Notes: a model not told the origin generated them from the sequence alone. A stretch of DNA of 64,000 bases from Longimicrobiales bacterium (GCA_965219445.1 CBDCNQ010000002.1:640001-704000); one strand, 5' to 3'. Shown: positions 9,561-20,032, counted from the stretch's first letter. Numbers and translations: made by a program.

Positions 9561-11795
9561 GTGAATCCATCGTCCGGCGGACCGACTGCTGGCGGCCGTC
9601 CTTCTCTCTTTTGGTTGGTCCTCACACTTTCCGTGCTCGGAGCTGATGCCGGATCCGCCCAGGAAAACTGGGAGCTCTATCAGATCGGAGCCGTAAGGGT
9701 GGACCGAGGCCCCGAGATCGACGGGGTGTTGGACGACTCCGTCTGGGAGACGGCCCCGGTCATCGACGAGTTCGTCCAGCAGGATCCGGACGAAGGGGCG
9801 CCAGCAACCGAGAAGACCGAAGTTCGTGTGCTCTACGACGGAAGCAATCTCTATTTCGGGGTGCGAGTCTTCGAGTCGTCCTCGGCAGTCATCGCCACCG
9901 AGATGAGGCGGGACGCGGACCGGATCCTCGAGGAGGACAACTTCCAGCTCATCCTCGATACCTTCGGGGACTCCCGGTCCGCGTACATGTTCGTGGTGAC
10001 CCCCCTAGGGGCCCAGCTCGACCAGCAGGTGTTCGATGACGGAGGGCGCGGAGTGCGCGGCGCGACCGCTTCCGCGATCAATCGCAACTGGGACGGCGTA
10101 TGGTCCGTTTCCGTGCGCCGGACGCCGCAAGGTTGGGTGGCGGAGATCGCGATCCCGATGGTCACGCTCAGGTTCCCCGAGGCGGATCCACAGGCGTGGG
10201 GGATCAACTTCATGCGGAACATCCGGCGCAAGAACGAACAGGTGTTTTGGGCGCCCGTCCCACGGGCGTTTGCCCTGACGAGGGTCAGTCTCGCCGGAAG
10301 CCTGACCAACCTCGAGTCTCTGGACAGAGGAAAAGATCTTCGTATCAAGCCGTACGTTACGGGGGGAGGTCATCGCCAGCTCGAGGGCGGGATCACGGAC
10401 AACTCCACGGAGGCCGAGGTTGGACTCGACGTCAAGTACGGTGTGACCGCAAGCCTGAATCTCGACGTCACGGTCAACACGGACTTCGCCCAGGCCGAGG
10501 TGGACGAAGAGCAGGTGAACCTGACCCGGTTCCCCCTCTTCTTCCCCGAAAAGAGGGAGTTCTTCCTGGAGAACGCCGGGCATTTCGCCGTCGGGTCGAC
10601 GAACTCAACCGGGCGGATCGCGGACCTCTTCTTCAGCCGGCGGATCGGACTCACCGACAGTGGGGAGAGCGTCCCCATCCTGGGTGGTGCGCGGCTCACT
10701 GGAAAGGTGGGTCGAAACAACATTGCGGTCATGGACCTCCAGACGGACCGTGCGTTCGGTGAGCCGGGAGAGAACTTTCTCGTTACGCGCTATCGCAGGG
10801 ACATCTTCGAACGATCCCAGGTCGGCGGAGTCTTCATCAACAGGGAGGCCGCAAACGGGGGGCACTTCAACCGGACCTATGCCGCCGACATGACCCTGGT
10901 GCTCTCACCGTTCCTCACGATCGACGGGTTCCTAGCGGCCACCTCGAGCCCGGGTATCTCCGATGGGGAGTCCGGCGGTCACATCCGGGCTGGCTGGCTC
11001 GACCGGAGGTGGCGGATCTATGGCGAGCACACGGACCTGGGGGATAACTTCAACCCAGAGGTCGGGTTCGTGCCGCGGGTGGGAATCCGTAGGAGCAAGT
11101 TCTTCGTGGCGCGGACTCCGAGGCCCGAAAGATGGGGGATCCGGCTGCTAGAGCTTGTGTGGAACCTGGAGTACCTCACCGACCAGACCGGTCGACTCGA
11201 GAGTCGCCGTTTTTGGCACAGATTAGGAACTACGTTCGATAACGGCACCCACCTGAACATCAACTACAACCGCAACTTCGAGCGGCTCGACGAGCCCTTC
11301 CCAGTTGGAGGGGGCGTGGTCGTCGACCCGGGCGACTACTCGTTCTGGGACCTGACGATCACGTTCACCAGCAACCCCGCCCGAAGGTTCTTTTACAGGC
11401 TACGGTACAAACCGCAAACGTTCTACGACGGGGATCGGACAGACATGTCCGCCAACGCCGGCCTCCGGGTCACCAGCCAACTCGCCACCTCGGCCAGCTT
11501 CTCGCGGAATGACCTTGACCTGCCGTCCGGTAGCTTCAAGGCGGACATCGCGTCCTTCCAGCTCGATTACGCGCTTTCACCGGCGCTGTCCCTGCGGAGC
11601 ATCGCGCAGTACAACTCGACCTCCGAGCAGTGGAGCGCGAGTGCCCGGTTCCGCTACATTTACCGACCTGGGAGCGACATCTACATCGTCTACGACGAGG
11701 TACGCCGCGACACGACCATCCCCGTGTCACCCTTCGTGGAGGAATTCCACAACAGGCAGCTCATCGTGAAGATGACCTACCTGTTGTCGATGTGA
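9561..11795 (+). CDS. DUF5916-type exported/outer membrane protein with N-terminal CBM9-like domain
   Basis: IDGVLDDSVWE, WGINFMRNIRRKNE, NTDFAQAEVD..QVNLTRFPLFFPEKREFFLE, FFSRRIG. Confidence 0.8.
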   Translation: MNPSSGGPTAGGRPSLFWLVLTLSVLGADAGSAQENWELYQIGAVRVDRGPEIDGVLDDSVWETAPVIDEFVQQDPDEGAPATEKTEVRVLYDGSNLYFGVRVFESSSAVIATEMRRDADRILEEDNFQLILDTFGDSRSAYMFVVTPLGAQLDQQVFDDGGRGVRGATASAINRNWDGVWSVSVRRTPQGWVAEIAIPMVTLRFPEADPQAWGINFMRNIRRKNEQVFWAPVPRAFALTRVSLAGSLTNLESLDRGKDLRIKPYVTGGGHRQLEGGITDNSTEAEVGLDVKYGVTASLNLDVTVNTDFAQAEVDEEQVNLTRFPLFFPEKREFFLENAGHFAVGSTNSTGRIADLFFSRRIGLTDSGESVPILGGARLTGKVGRNNIAVMDLQTDRAFGEPGENFLVTRYRRDIFERSQVGGVFINREAANGGHFNRTYAADMTLVLSPFLTIDGFLAATSSPGISDGESGGHIRAGWLDRRWRIYGEHTDLGDNFNPEVGFVPRVGIRRSKFFVARTPRPERWGIRLLELVWNLEYLTDQTGRLESRRFWHRLGTTFDNGTHLNINYNRNFERLDEPFPVGGGVVVDPGDYSFWDLTITFTSNPARRFFYRLRYKPQTFYDGDRTDMSANAGLRVTSQLATSASFSRNDLDLPSGSFKADIASFQLDYALSPALSLRSIAQYNSTSEQWSASARFRYIYRPGSDIYIVYDEVRRDTTIPVSPFVEEFHNRQLIVKMTYLLSM

Positions 11796-11852
11796 GATCG
11801 GTGTTCCGTATCGCCCCACAGAGCACTACATGATTGTGGGTGCGCCAGTCCC

Positions 11853-13169
11853 TTATCCGCCGCCGCCGTCCTCCATGAGGAGGCTCGCCCTCTCGGCGAC
11901 CCGCTCGTCGAAGTCCTCCTGATCCAGAGCGACGATCTGCAGATGTATGTGCGCCATCTCGTCGCCGGTACGCCGGCCATGGACCACCCACTGGTCCGGA
12001 TCGGGATTATACGGGTGGCCGGCGGTATTGTCGTAGTATGAGGTCAGAACAAGGACCGTGCCCTTAGGTAGCAACGGCTGCACGTGGTCGTCGTAGATGT
12101 ATGTGAGACTCCAGCTGTGCAGCCAATTGTACTTGGTCAGGATCTCCTTGCGACCGTCCGGATAGATCGCCTCCAGAGACTGTCCGGTGCCCCGAAGATG
12201 CTGATGCCCCCGTATGCTGAAAACCCAAGACGGCTCTTGCAGAACGTGATAAGCCTGCGTAATCCCTGTCGAGTGGGGCGGAATCAGCATCGTCTGCTGG
12301 CCTTCTCTATCAATCTCCTTATACGAGCTGAAAGTCCTTGTCGCGCGACGGAGCTTATACTTCGGCTCAAAATCCATCGGGTAGAACCACAGGGCGACTT
12401 CGGCGTAAGCGTCTTCGACTCCTTCGCCCCTCGGGAAGTAATGGAGGTTGAAAGATATCGTCTGTTCCGGCTCGACCAGAAGCCCGGTGTCTTCGGGGTA
12501 GAGGTCGAAGGGCGTACCCGGCCCACCAAACCTCGAAATGCTGGTGTTGCCATGGTGCGTGACGTGACGGCTGTGGAGGCTGGGCCTGCTCTCGGTGGCC
12601 ATGATCCAGCGCGGCTCATCGAGCCCCTCTAACACTATCTCGGGCTCGAACCACTGATCCAACCCGCTGGCTTCCACGTCGAACCCAGGCGAGCGGTACA
12701 CCAAATCTGGCGGGCGCCCGAGTTCGTCCTCCAGTAGCCATGAGACTCCATCCGGCCACATCCGTGGCGGCGGCAGGTCCGCCGGATCCCCCTCAGGCGC
12801 CCCGGCATCCGCCCAGGCCCCGATGATTGCGATCTCCTCGTCGGTCAGCGAGAGGTCGTTCTGGTATTCCTGAATCCCAATCGTCCGGTCGACATGCCAC
12901 GGCGGCATTGTGCGCGTCTCCGTCTGGTACTTCATCATCGGCGCCCACGGACGCGCTTCATCATACGAGAGCAGCGACATAGCACCGATGCCGTCCGGTC
13001 GATGACACGCCTGACAGTTCTGTTGGAGAATCGGCATCACGTCGCGACTGAATGTGACGTCCGACACTTGGGCCGACACCTGACCAGGGATCAGTAGCAC
13101 CCCCATCAGCGCAAGCACTGTGCCGATGTAGGTGATCATTTGCCCAGTACCTTGGCTCTTCTTCTCCAT
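11853..13169 (-). CDS. Secreted cytochrome c + copper type II monooxygenase (PHM-like) fusion, copy A
   Basis: Signal peptide; CQACH...MPPW heme domain; HH, LHY, HQH and DEM Cu ligands; GGAGG RBS before ATG 13169. Confidence 0.85.
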   Translation of the reverse strand: MEKKSQGTGQMITYIGTVLALMGVLLIPGQVSAQVSDVTFSRDVMPILQQNCQACHRPDGIGAMSLLSYDEARPWAPMMKYQTETRTMPPWHVDRTIGIQEYQNDLSLTDEEIAIIGAWADAGAPEGDPADLPPPRMWPDGVSWLLEDELGRPPDLVYRSPGFDVEASGLDQWFEPEIVLEGLDEPRWIMATESRPSLHSRHVTHHGNTSISRFGGPGTPFDLYPEDTGLLVEPEQTISFNLHYFPRGEGVEDAYAEVALWFYPMDFEPKYKLRRATRTFSSYKEIDREGQQTMLIPPHSTGITQAYHVLQEPSWVFSIRGHQHLRGTGQSLEAIYPDGRKEILTKYNWLHSWSLTYIYDDHVQPLLPKGTVLVLTSYYDNTAGHPYNPDPDQWVVHGRRTGDEMAHIHLQIVALDQEDFDERVAERASLLMEDGGGG

Positions 13170-13230
13170 CCTAATGCCTCCATGGCTTTCGCCGGTTGTG
13201 TGCTGGTGCACCAGTGCGGGGCCAGTTCCC

Positions 13231-14547
13231 TTATCCGCCGCCGCCGTCCTCCATGAGGAGGCTCGCCCTCTCGGCGACCCGCTCGTCGAAGTCCTCCTGA
13301 TCCAGGGCGACGATCTGCAGATGTATGTGCGCCATCTCGTCGCCGGTACGCCGGCCATGGACCACCCACTGGTCCGGATCGGGATTATACGGGTGGCCGG
13401 CGGTATTGTCGTAGTATGAGGTCAGAACAAGGACCGTGCCCTTAGGTAGCAACGGCTGCACGTGGTCGTCGTAGATGTATGTGAGACTCCAGCTGTGCAG
13501 CCAATTGTACTTGGTCAGGATCTCCTTGCGACCATCCGGATAGATCGCCTCCAGAGACTGTCCGGTGCCCCGAAGATGCTGATGCCCCCGTATGCTGAAA
13601 ACCCAAGACGGCTCTTGCAGAACGTGATAAGCCTGCGTAATCCCTGTCGAGTGGGGCGGAATCAGCATCGTCTGCCGGCCTTCCCTAGCAGTCTCCTTAT
13701 ATGAGCTGAAAACCCTTGTCGCGGTACGGAGCTTATACTTCGGCTCAAAATCCATCGGGTAGAACCACAGGCCGACTTCGGCGTAAGCGTCTTCGACTCC
13801 TTCGCCCCTCGGGAAGTAATGGAGGTTGAAAGATATCGTCTGTTCCGGCTCGACCAGAAGCCCGGTGTCTTCGGGGTAGAGGTCGAAGGGCGTACCCGGC
13901 CCACCAAACTTCGAAATGCTGGAGTTGCCATGGTGCGTGACGTGACGGCTGTGGAGGCTGGGCCTGCTCTCGGTGGCCATGATCCAGCGCGGCTCATCGA
14001 GCCCCTCTAACACTACGTCGGGCTCGAACCACTGATCCAAACCGCTGGCTTCCACGTCGAACCCAGGTGAGCGGTACACCAAATCTGGCGGGCGCCCGAG
14101 TTCGTCCTCCAGTAGCCATGAGACTCCATCCGGCCACATCCGTGGCGGCGGCAGGTCCGCCGGATCCCCCTCAGGCGCCCCGGCATCCGCCCAGGCCCCG
14201 ATGATTGCGATCTCCTCGTCGGTCAGCGAGAGGTCGTTCTGGTATTCCTGAATCCCAATCGTCCGGTCGACATGCCACGGCGGCATTGTGCGCGTCTCCG
14301 TCTGGTACTTCATCATCGGCGCCCACGGACGCGCTTCATCATACGAGAGCAGCGACATAGCACCGATGCCGTCCGGTCGATGACACGCCTGACAGTTCTG
14401 TTGGAGAATCGGCATCACGTCGCGACTGAATGTGACGTCCGACACTTGGGCCGACACCTGACCAGGGATCAGTAGCACCCCCATCAGCGCAAGCACTGTG
14501 CCGATGTAGGTGATCATTTGCCCAGTACCTTGGCTCTTCTTCTCCAT
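13231..14547 (-). CDS. Cytochrome c + PHM-like copper monooxygenase, copy B
   Basis: Near-identical to copy A (offset 1378); same motifs. Confidence 0.85.
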   Translation of the reverse strand: MEKKSQGTGQMITYIGTVLALMGVLLIPGQVSAQVSDVTFSRDVMPILQQNCQACHRPDGIGAMSLLSYDEARPWAPMMKYQTETRTMPPWHVDRTIGIQEYQNDLSLTDEEIAIIGAWADAGAPEGDPADLPPPRMWPDGVSWLLEDELGRPPDLVYRSPGFDVEASGLDQWFEPDVVLEGLDEPRWIMATESRPSLHSRHVTHHGNSSISKFGGPGTPFDLYPEDTGLLVEPEQTISFNLHYFPRGEGVEDAYAEVGLWFYPMDFEPKYKLRTATRVFSSYKETAREGRQTMLIPPHSTGITQAYHVLQEPSWVFSIRGHQHLRGTGQSLEAIYPDGRKEILTKYNWLHSWSLTYIYDDHVQPLLPKGTVLVLTSYYDNTAGHPYNPDPDQWVVHGRRTGDEMAHIHLQIVALDQEDFDERVAERASLLMEDGGGG

Positions 14548-14629
14548 CCTAATGCCTCCGTGGCTTTCGCCGGTTGTGGCGGATGCTTCTGCTACTTCAT
14601 GGCCGCTCTTCACTAGGTCCCCCCCTCGC

Positions 14630-15580
14630 CTATGGCGTGACGGTGACCCGTATGTAGGCAGTGGTCCAACAGCAATGTTGGTTCACCGCACCAAAGCTTT
14701 CTACCGCCCAGATGCGCAGTACGTAATCACCGGGCTCGCTGAACGTCGCCGTCGTCGAAACTTCGCCAGCCCCTCCCTCGAGAATGGTTTCCGCCTCGCT
14801 GAAATTCACCTGACCAGGCCCTTGATGATGATACCACCGCAGGATGCTGCTGGTTCGAGCCTGCATTTGCTCCCCGGCAAATGAGCCAACCACCATCGTT
14901 GCCGAAGCAGGTTGCGGGTCCACCCACACGCTCAACGGTAACACATCGCCCGCCGCTACCGTTAGCGGACCATACGTGACGCCGGAGCGGCCCCGGCCCG
15001 CCGGGCCCTCTGGGCCGCCGAATCTGAGCTCCGCGGCAACGGGTGAGATTGTGTAGGCCTCCATATTGTCCATGCGGTAGGCTTCATAGAGTGCACGCCC
15101 CGGCACGGAGTACGTCCGACCGTCCTGGATCAGGGTCCAGCGGACATCGCCCCTGTAATCTCCGGGCACGTCTACTGTGAAGGCACTCAGGTATCTGCGG
15201 TTACAACACTGAGACGCTGGCACGAAATGCGTCGGCTGATTGCCGTCGAACTCGCTCGGCTCGATGAAATTGTTTGGCCCGAGCGGGATATCCACCGCCT
15301 CCAGCGAGTTCAGGTTGAAGTAGGAGAAGCTGAGCCTGGTCATGTCGCTCATGTCATCGAAATTCGGGATCCAACCCTCGAAAATCGGAATTACAGGCTG
15401 GCCACTTTCCCTCACAGGCGCGGTGAGCAATGGAAAATCAAGGTCCTGTCGGAGGCCCCCTCGGCTCTGATAAAGGCCAAGCTCTGCTTCTGGCTCTGGT
15501 ACTTGCGCCGCCAAGCCTACCCAGCCGCCCATCACCCAAACACTTGCAACCCCCAGGGCAACGTAGTGCGTCCATCTCAT
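14630..15580 (-). CDS. Secreted partner protein of unknown function with C-terminal PKD/Ig-like domain and HCCWT motif, copy 1
   Basis: Signal peptide; GQPVIPIFEGW, IPLGPNNFIEP, QPTHF, TATFSEPGDYVLR, HCCWT; strong RBS. Confidence 0.75.
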   Translation of the reverse strand: MRWTHYVALGVASVWVMGGWVGLAAQVPEPEAELGLYQSRGGLRQDLDFPLLTAPVRESGQPVIPIFEGWIPNFDDMSDMTRLSFSYFNLNSLEAVDIPLGPNNFIEPSEFDGNQPTHFVPASQCCNRRYLSAFTVDVPGDYRGDVRWTLIQDGRTYSVPGRALYEAYRMDNMEAYTISPVAAELRFGGPEGPAGRGRSGVTYGPLTVAAGDVLPLSVWVDPQPASATMVVGSFAGEQMQARTSSILRWYHHQGPGQVNFSEAETILEGGAGEVSTTATFSEPGDYVLRIWAVESFGAVNQHCCWTTAYIRVTVTP

Positions 15581-15712
15581 CGCGTACTCCTCCCTCCTCC
15601 GTCGTCTACGACGGCTATGCACCAACAACTGGCGTTCAACAAACTCGTCAGAATGTAGGCGCTTTACGCGTTCCGCGACAGAGCACTACATGATTGTGGG
15701 TGCGCCAGTCCC

Positions 15713-17029
15713 TTATCCGCCGCCGCCGTCCTCCATGAGGAGGCTCGCCCTCTCGGCGACCCGCTCGTCGAAGTCCTCCTGATCCAGAGCGACGATCTGC
15801 AGATGTATGTGCGCCATCTCGTCGCCGGTACGCCGGCCATGGACCACCCACTGGTCCGGATCGGGATTATACGGGTGGCCGGCGGTATTGTCGTAGTATG
15901 AGGTCAGAACAAGGACCGTGCCCTTAGGTAGCAACGGCTGCACGTGGTCGTCGTAGATGTATGTGAGACTCCAGCTGTGCAGCCAATTGTACTTGGTCAG
16001 GATCTCCTTGCGACCATCCGGATAGATCGCCTCCAGAGACTGTCCGGTGCCCCGAAGATGCTGATGCCCCCGTATGCTGAAAACCCAAGACGGCTCTTGC
16101 AGAACGTGATAAGCCTGCGTAATCCCTGTCGAGTGGGGCGGAATCAGCATCGTCTGCTGGCCTTCCCTAGCAGTCTCCTTATATGAGCTGAAAGTCCTTG
16201 TCGCGCCACGGAGCTTATACTTCGGCTCAAAATCCATCGGGTAGAACCACAGGCCGACTTCGGCGTAAGCGTCTTCGACTCCTTCGCCCCTCGGGAAGTA
16301 ATGGAGGTTGAAAGATATCGTCTGTTCCGGCTCGACCAGAAGCCCGGTGTCTTCGGGGTAGAGGTCGAAGGGCGTACCCGGCCCACCAAACCTCGAAATG
16401 CTGGTGTTGCCATGGTGCGTGACGTGACGGCTGTGGAGGCTGGGCCTGCTCTCGGTGGCCATGATCCAGCGCGGCTCATCGAGCCCCTCTAACACTATCT
16501 CGGGCTCGAACCACTGATCCAACCCGCTGGGTTCCACGTCGAACCCAGGCGAGCGGTACACCAAATCTGGCGGGCGCCCGAGTTCGTCCTCCAGTAGCCA
16601 TGAGACTCCATCCGGCCACATCCGTGGCGGCGGCAGGTCCGCCGGATCCCCCTCAGGCGCCCCGGCATCCGCCCAGGCCCCGATGATTGCGATCTCCTCG
16701 TCGGTCAGCGAGAGGTCGTTCTGGTATTCCTGAATCCCAATCGTCCGGTCGACATGCCACGGCGGCATTGTGCGCGTCTCCGTCTGGTACTTCATCATCG
16801 GCGCCCACGGACGCGCTTCATCATACGAGAGCAGCGACATAGCACCGATGCCGTCCGGTCGATGACACGCCTGACAGTTCTGTTGGAGAATCGGCATCAC
16901 GTCGCGACTGAATGTGACGTCCGACACTTGGGCCGACACCTGACCAGGGATCAGTAGCACCCCCATCAGCGCAAGCACTGTGCCGATGTAGGTGATCATT
17001 TGCCCAGTACCTTGGCTCTTCTTCTCCAT
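15713..17029 (-). CDS. Cytochrome c + PHM-like copper monooxygenase, copy C
   Basis: Near-identical to copies A and B (offset 2482 from B). Confidence 0.85.
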   Translation of the reverse strand: MEKKSQGTGQMITYIGTVLALMGVLLIPGQVSAQVSDVTFSRDVMPILQQNCQACHRPDGIGAMSLLSYDEARPWAPMMKYQTETRTMPPWHVDRTIGIQEYQNDLSLTDEEIAIIGAWADAGAPEGDPADLPPPRMWPDGVSWLLEDELGRPPDLVYRSPGFDVEPSGLDQWFEPEIVLEGLDEPRWIMATESRPSLHSRHVTHHGNTSISRFGGPGTPFDLYPEDTGLLVEPEQTISFNLHYFPRGEGVEDAYAEVGLWFYPMDFEPKYKLRGATRTFSSYKETAREGQQTMLIPPHSTGITQAYHVLQEPSWVFSIRGHQHLRGTGQSLEAIYPDGRKEILTKYNWLHSWSLTYIYDDHVQPLLPKGTVLVLTSYYDNTAGHPYNPDPDQWVVHGRRTGDEMAHIHLQIVALDQEDFDERVAERASLLMEDGGGG

Positions 17030-17111
17030 CCTAATGCCTCCGTGGCTTTCGCCGGTTGTGGCGGATGCTTCTGCTACTTCATGGCCGCTCTTCACTAGGT
17101 CCCCCCCTCGC

Positions 17112-18062
17112 CTATGGCGTGACGGTGACCCGTATGTAGGCAGTGGTCCAACAGCAATGTTGGTTCACCGCACCAAAGCTTTCTACCGCCCAGATGCGCA
17201 GTACGTAATCACCGGGCTCGCTGAACGTCGCCGTCGTCGAAACTTCGCCAGCCCCTCCCTCGAGAATGGTTTCCGCCTCGCTGAAATTCACCTGACCAGG
17301 CCCTTGATGATGATACCACCGCAGGATGCTGCTGGTTCGAGCCTGCATTTGCTCCCCGGCAAATGAGCCAACCACCATCGTTGCCGAAGCAGGTTGCGGG
17401 TCCACCCACACGCTCAACGGTAACACATCGCCCGCCGCTACCGTTAGCGGACCATACGTGACGCCGGAGCGGCCCCGGCCCGCCGGGCCCTCTGGGCCGC
17501 CGAATCTGAGCTCCGCGGCAACGGGTGAGATTGTGTAGGCCTCCATATTGTCCATGCGGTAGGCTTCATAGAGTGCACGCCCCGGCACGGAGTACGTCCG
17601 ACCGTCCTGGATCAGGGTCCAGCGGACATCGCCCCTGTAATCTCCGGGCACGTCTACTGTGAAGGCACTCAGGTATCTGCGGTTACAACACTGAGACGCT
17701 GGCACGAAATGCGTCGGCTGATTGCCGTCGAACTCGCTCGGCTCGATGAAATTGTTTGGCCCGAGCGGGATATCCACCGCCTCCAGCGAGTTCAGGTTGA
17801 AGTAGGAGAAGCTGAGCCTGGTCATGTCGCTCATGTCATCGAAATTCGGGATCCAACCCTCGAAAATCGGAATTACAGGCTGGCCACTTTCCCTCACAGG
17901 CGCGGTGAGCAATGGAAAATCAAGGTCCTGTCGGAGGCCCCCTCGGCTCTGATAAAGGCCAAGCTCTGCTTCTGGCTCTGGTACTTGCGCCGCCAAGCCT
18001 ACCCAGCCGCCCATCACCCAAACACTTGCAACCCCCAGGGCAACGTAGTGCGTCCATCTCAT
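17112..18062 (-). CDS. Secreted HCCWT partner protein, copy 2 (protein identical to copy 1)
   Basis: Identical translation to 14630..15580. Confidence 0.75.
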   Translation of the reverse strand: MRWTHYVALGVASVWVMGGWVGLAAQVPEPEAELGLYQSRGGLRQDLDFPLLTAPVRESGQPVIPIFEGWIPNFDDMSDMTRLSFSYFNLNSLEAVDIPLGPNNFIEPSEFDGNQPTHFVPASQCCNRRYLSAFTVDVPGDYRGDVRWTLIQDGRTYSVPGRALYEAYRMDNMEAYTISPVAAELRFGGPEGPAGRGRSGVTYGPLTVAAGDVLPLSVWVDPQPASATMVVGSFAGEQMQARTSSILRWYHHQGPGQVNFSEAETILEGGAGEVSTTATFSEPGDYVLRIWAVESFGAVNQHCCWTTAYIRVTVTP

Positions 18063-18308
18063 CGCGTACTCCTCCCTCCTCCGTCGTCTACGACGGCTAT
18101 GCACCAACAACTGGCGTTCAACTCCGACCGCTTAACCGCATAAACCATCATAATGGAGGAGTTTCACGCGTTCCGCAACAGCTCGGGGAGGACTCGGCAA
18201 TCGGCGAACATCTTCCGCCCCAGAGTCCTTTCGGGATGAGCTGATGCAGCCGCGGATCGTAGCCAAGGCGAAGGCCCGGCCACCATACCCGGATCAACCC
18301 GGGTGAGA

Positions 18309-18791
18309 TCAGCGGTTGCTCCCTCCCGAAGCGGACGGCCACAAGGGCATCTCGCTCATCGCGCTCGAGGTCGCATCCAGGGGGACTTCGCCGGCGGGAA
18401 GTCCGTTCAACTGGAACAGATAGGCGATGACGTCCGCGTAGGTCTGTCGAGGCAGCCCTCCCGGATTATCGTCCGGCATGTTGAACGAGACGTACTCGAA
18501 GATGTCGGCAACTGCCCGGTCACCCCAACGTCGCTGGAACGATGATCCGGTGAACTCCGCCTCCACGTGGCACCACACACAGTTTTCTCGGAAGAGCCCT
18601 TGACCACGGTTAGCCTGAGAGGTGGTGTAGAACGCCCCATCCGCCGAAGATTCCTCGACCGCCGGAGCCGCGTCGGCGGGCGACGGCTCTGCAGTGGGTA
18701 CGCCGCTGTCCGCGGTCGTTCCCCCGGGAGTGGAGGCGCATCCGGAGAGCGCCGCGACCAGAACACAACAGTTGAGAAAGAGCTGTTTCAT
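18309..18791 (-). CDS. Monoheme cytochrome c lipoprotein
   Basis: Lipobox LSGC, CVWCH, distal NMPDDNPG Met. Confidence 0.87.
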   Translation of the reverse strand: MKQLFLNCCVLVAALSGCASTPGGTTADSGVPTAEPSPADAAPAVEESSADGAFYTTSQANRGQGLFRENCVWCHVEAEFTGSSFQRRWGDRAVADIFEYVSFNMPDDNPGGLPRQTYADVIAYLFQLNGLPAGEVPLDATSSAMSEMPLWPSASGGSNR

Positions 18792-18949
18792 AGAAGTCCC
18801 CTGAGGTGAATGCCCAAACGTGGCGACGTTCACCGGCTTAAGGCAAGGTCTGCCGTCCCTTTGCGATCCCACCCGGATGCGGCTATATAGACGGAAGCGA
18901 GGCGGAGGTTCGCCTGTCTAACCCTGGAACGCTAGCTCAGGAGACCAAG

Positions 18950-20032
18950 ATGATCGCGAACCGCTGGATCTTGGGAATATCTGTCGCAGCCGGGATGGTG
19001 ATCTGTGCTCCATTGGACGCACAGATCAAGGGGGATCAGGATATCACCGGACCCTACGAGGTGGTGGAGGATTGGCTCAAGCCACTGCCCTGGCACCAAG
19101 AAGGGTTGACCTTTGGCCTGATTACAGCGGTTTACCCCGATACTCCGGACAGGATCTTCCTGCTGCAGGGAGGTGACTTGCCGGACCCTCGCCCTCCCCG
19201 GGGTCCGGGACCGCAGTCCAACTCTAACCACATTCCCGCCCATTTCGTGCTCGTCTTGAATGGTGACGGTGAGCTTATCGAGTCCTGGACGCAGTGGGAT
19301 CACCTCTTCGTGAGACCGCACAAGGTTCTCATAAGCCCTTACGATCCCGAGCGGCACGTCTGGATCGTGGACGACTGGGCCAGCCAGATCTTCAAGTTCA
19401 CCAACGATGGATCGGAACTGGTCATGACATTGGGGGAGAGGGAAATGACGGGGGACGACCAGAACCATTTCGCGCGACCGACCGACATGGCCTTCCTACC
19501 GGATGGTACGTTTTTCGTTAGCGACGGCTACGTGAACACGCGCGTGGTGAAGTTCAACAAGGATGGCGAGTATTTGATGCAGTGGGGGAGCAGCGGAACC
19601 GGACCGGGCCAGTTCAATCTTGTCCACTCGGTAAAGGTTGACTCGGATCGCCGCGTGTATGTCGCCGATCGCCGCAATGGTCGCATTCAGATTTTCGATG
19701 AGAATGGGAAGTTCCTCGACATGTGGGACGGGATGGCCCAGCCGTCTCACATGGTGGTCGCTCAGGATCAAACTGTTTGGATGAGTGACCCAACGCTCAA
19801 CCGGTTGGTACAGTTCAACTTGAATGGCCTATTCCTTACTTCCTGGGGCGCGGCAGGGAGTTTTCCGGGCGCATTCAACAATCCTCACCACTTCGACGTG
19901 GACCAGGACGGCAACCTCTACGTAGCGGATTACGCCAACTTCAGGGTGCAAAAATTCGTACCGAGGCCGAACGCCGATCGGCGCCGCTTGATCCAGCCTG
20001 CCTTCGCGTCGATCAACGCGATGGAGGACTGA
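18950..20032 (+). CDS. NHL-repeat protein, peptidyl-alpha-hydroxyglycine alpha-amidating lyase (PAL) family, full catalytic set
   Basis: RPHK, SDGYVNTRV, VHSV, ADRRNGRIQ, NPHH; signal peptide. Confidence 0.85.
   Translation: MIANRWILGISVAAGMVICAPLDAQIKGDQDITGPYEVVEDWLKPLPWHQEGLTFGLITAVYPDTPDRIFLLQGGDLPDPRPPRGPGPQSNSNHIPAHFVLVLNGDGELIESWTQWDHLFVRPHKVLISPYDPERHVWIVDDWASQIFKFTNDGSELVMTLGEREMTGDDQNHFARPTDMAFLPDGTFFVSDGYVNTRVVKFNKDGEYLMQWGSSGTGPGQFNLVHSVKVDSDRRVYVADRRNGRIQIFDENGKFLDMWDGMAQPSHMVVAQDQTVWMSDPTLNRLVQFNLNGLFLTSWGAAGSFPGAFNNPHHFDVDQDGNLYVADYANFRVQKFVPRPNADRRRLIQPAFASINAMED

Larger units (their letters stand above)
11818..18122. repeat. Tandem segmental amplification: A (11818-13200, monooxygenase only), B (about 13228-15640, monooxygenase+partner), C (15678-18122, monooxygenase+partner)
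   Basis: Manual alignment; offsets 1378 and 2482; near-identical DNA. Confidence 0.95.

Noticed and set aside
12290..12690. Diversity-generating retroelement as cause of the clustered variation (CGC/ACC/GGC and ACT/GTT resemble AAY-derived codons)
   Set aside because: No reverse transcriptase or non-coding template repeat in the window; variation is mid-gene in full-length copies and includes ordinary third-position C/T changes. A remote template cannot be excluded without a genome search.
13170..13358. 63-aa N-terminal extension of monooxygenase copy A in the ORF track
   Set aside because: Overlaps the 3' end of copy B in another frame; RBS and signal peptide support ATG 13169
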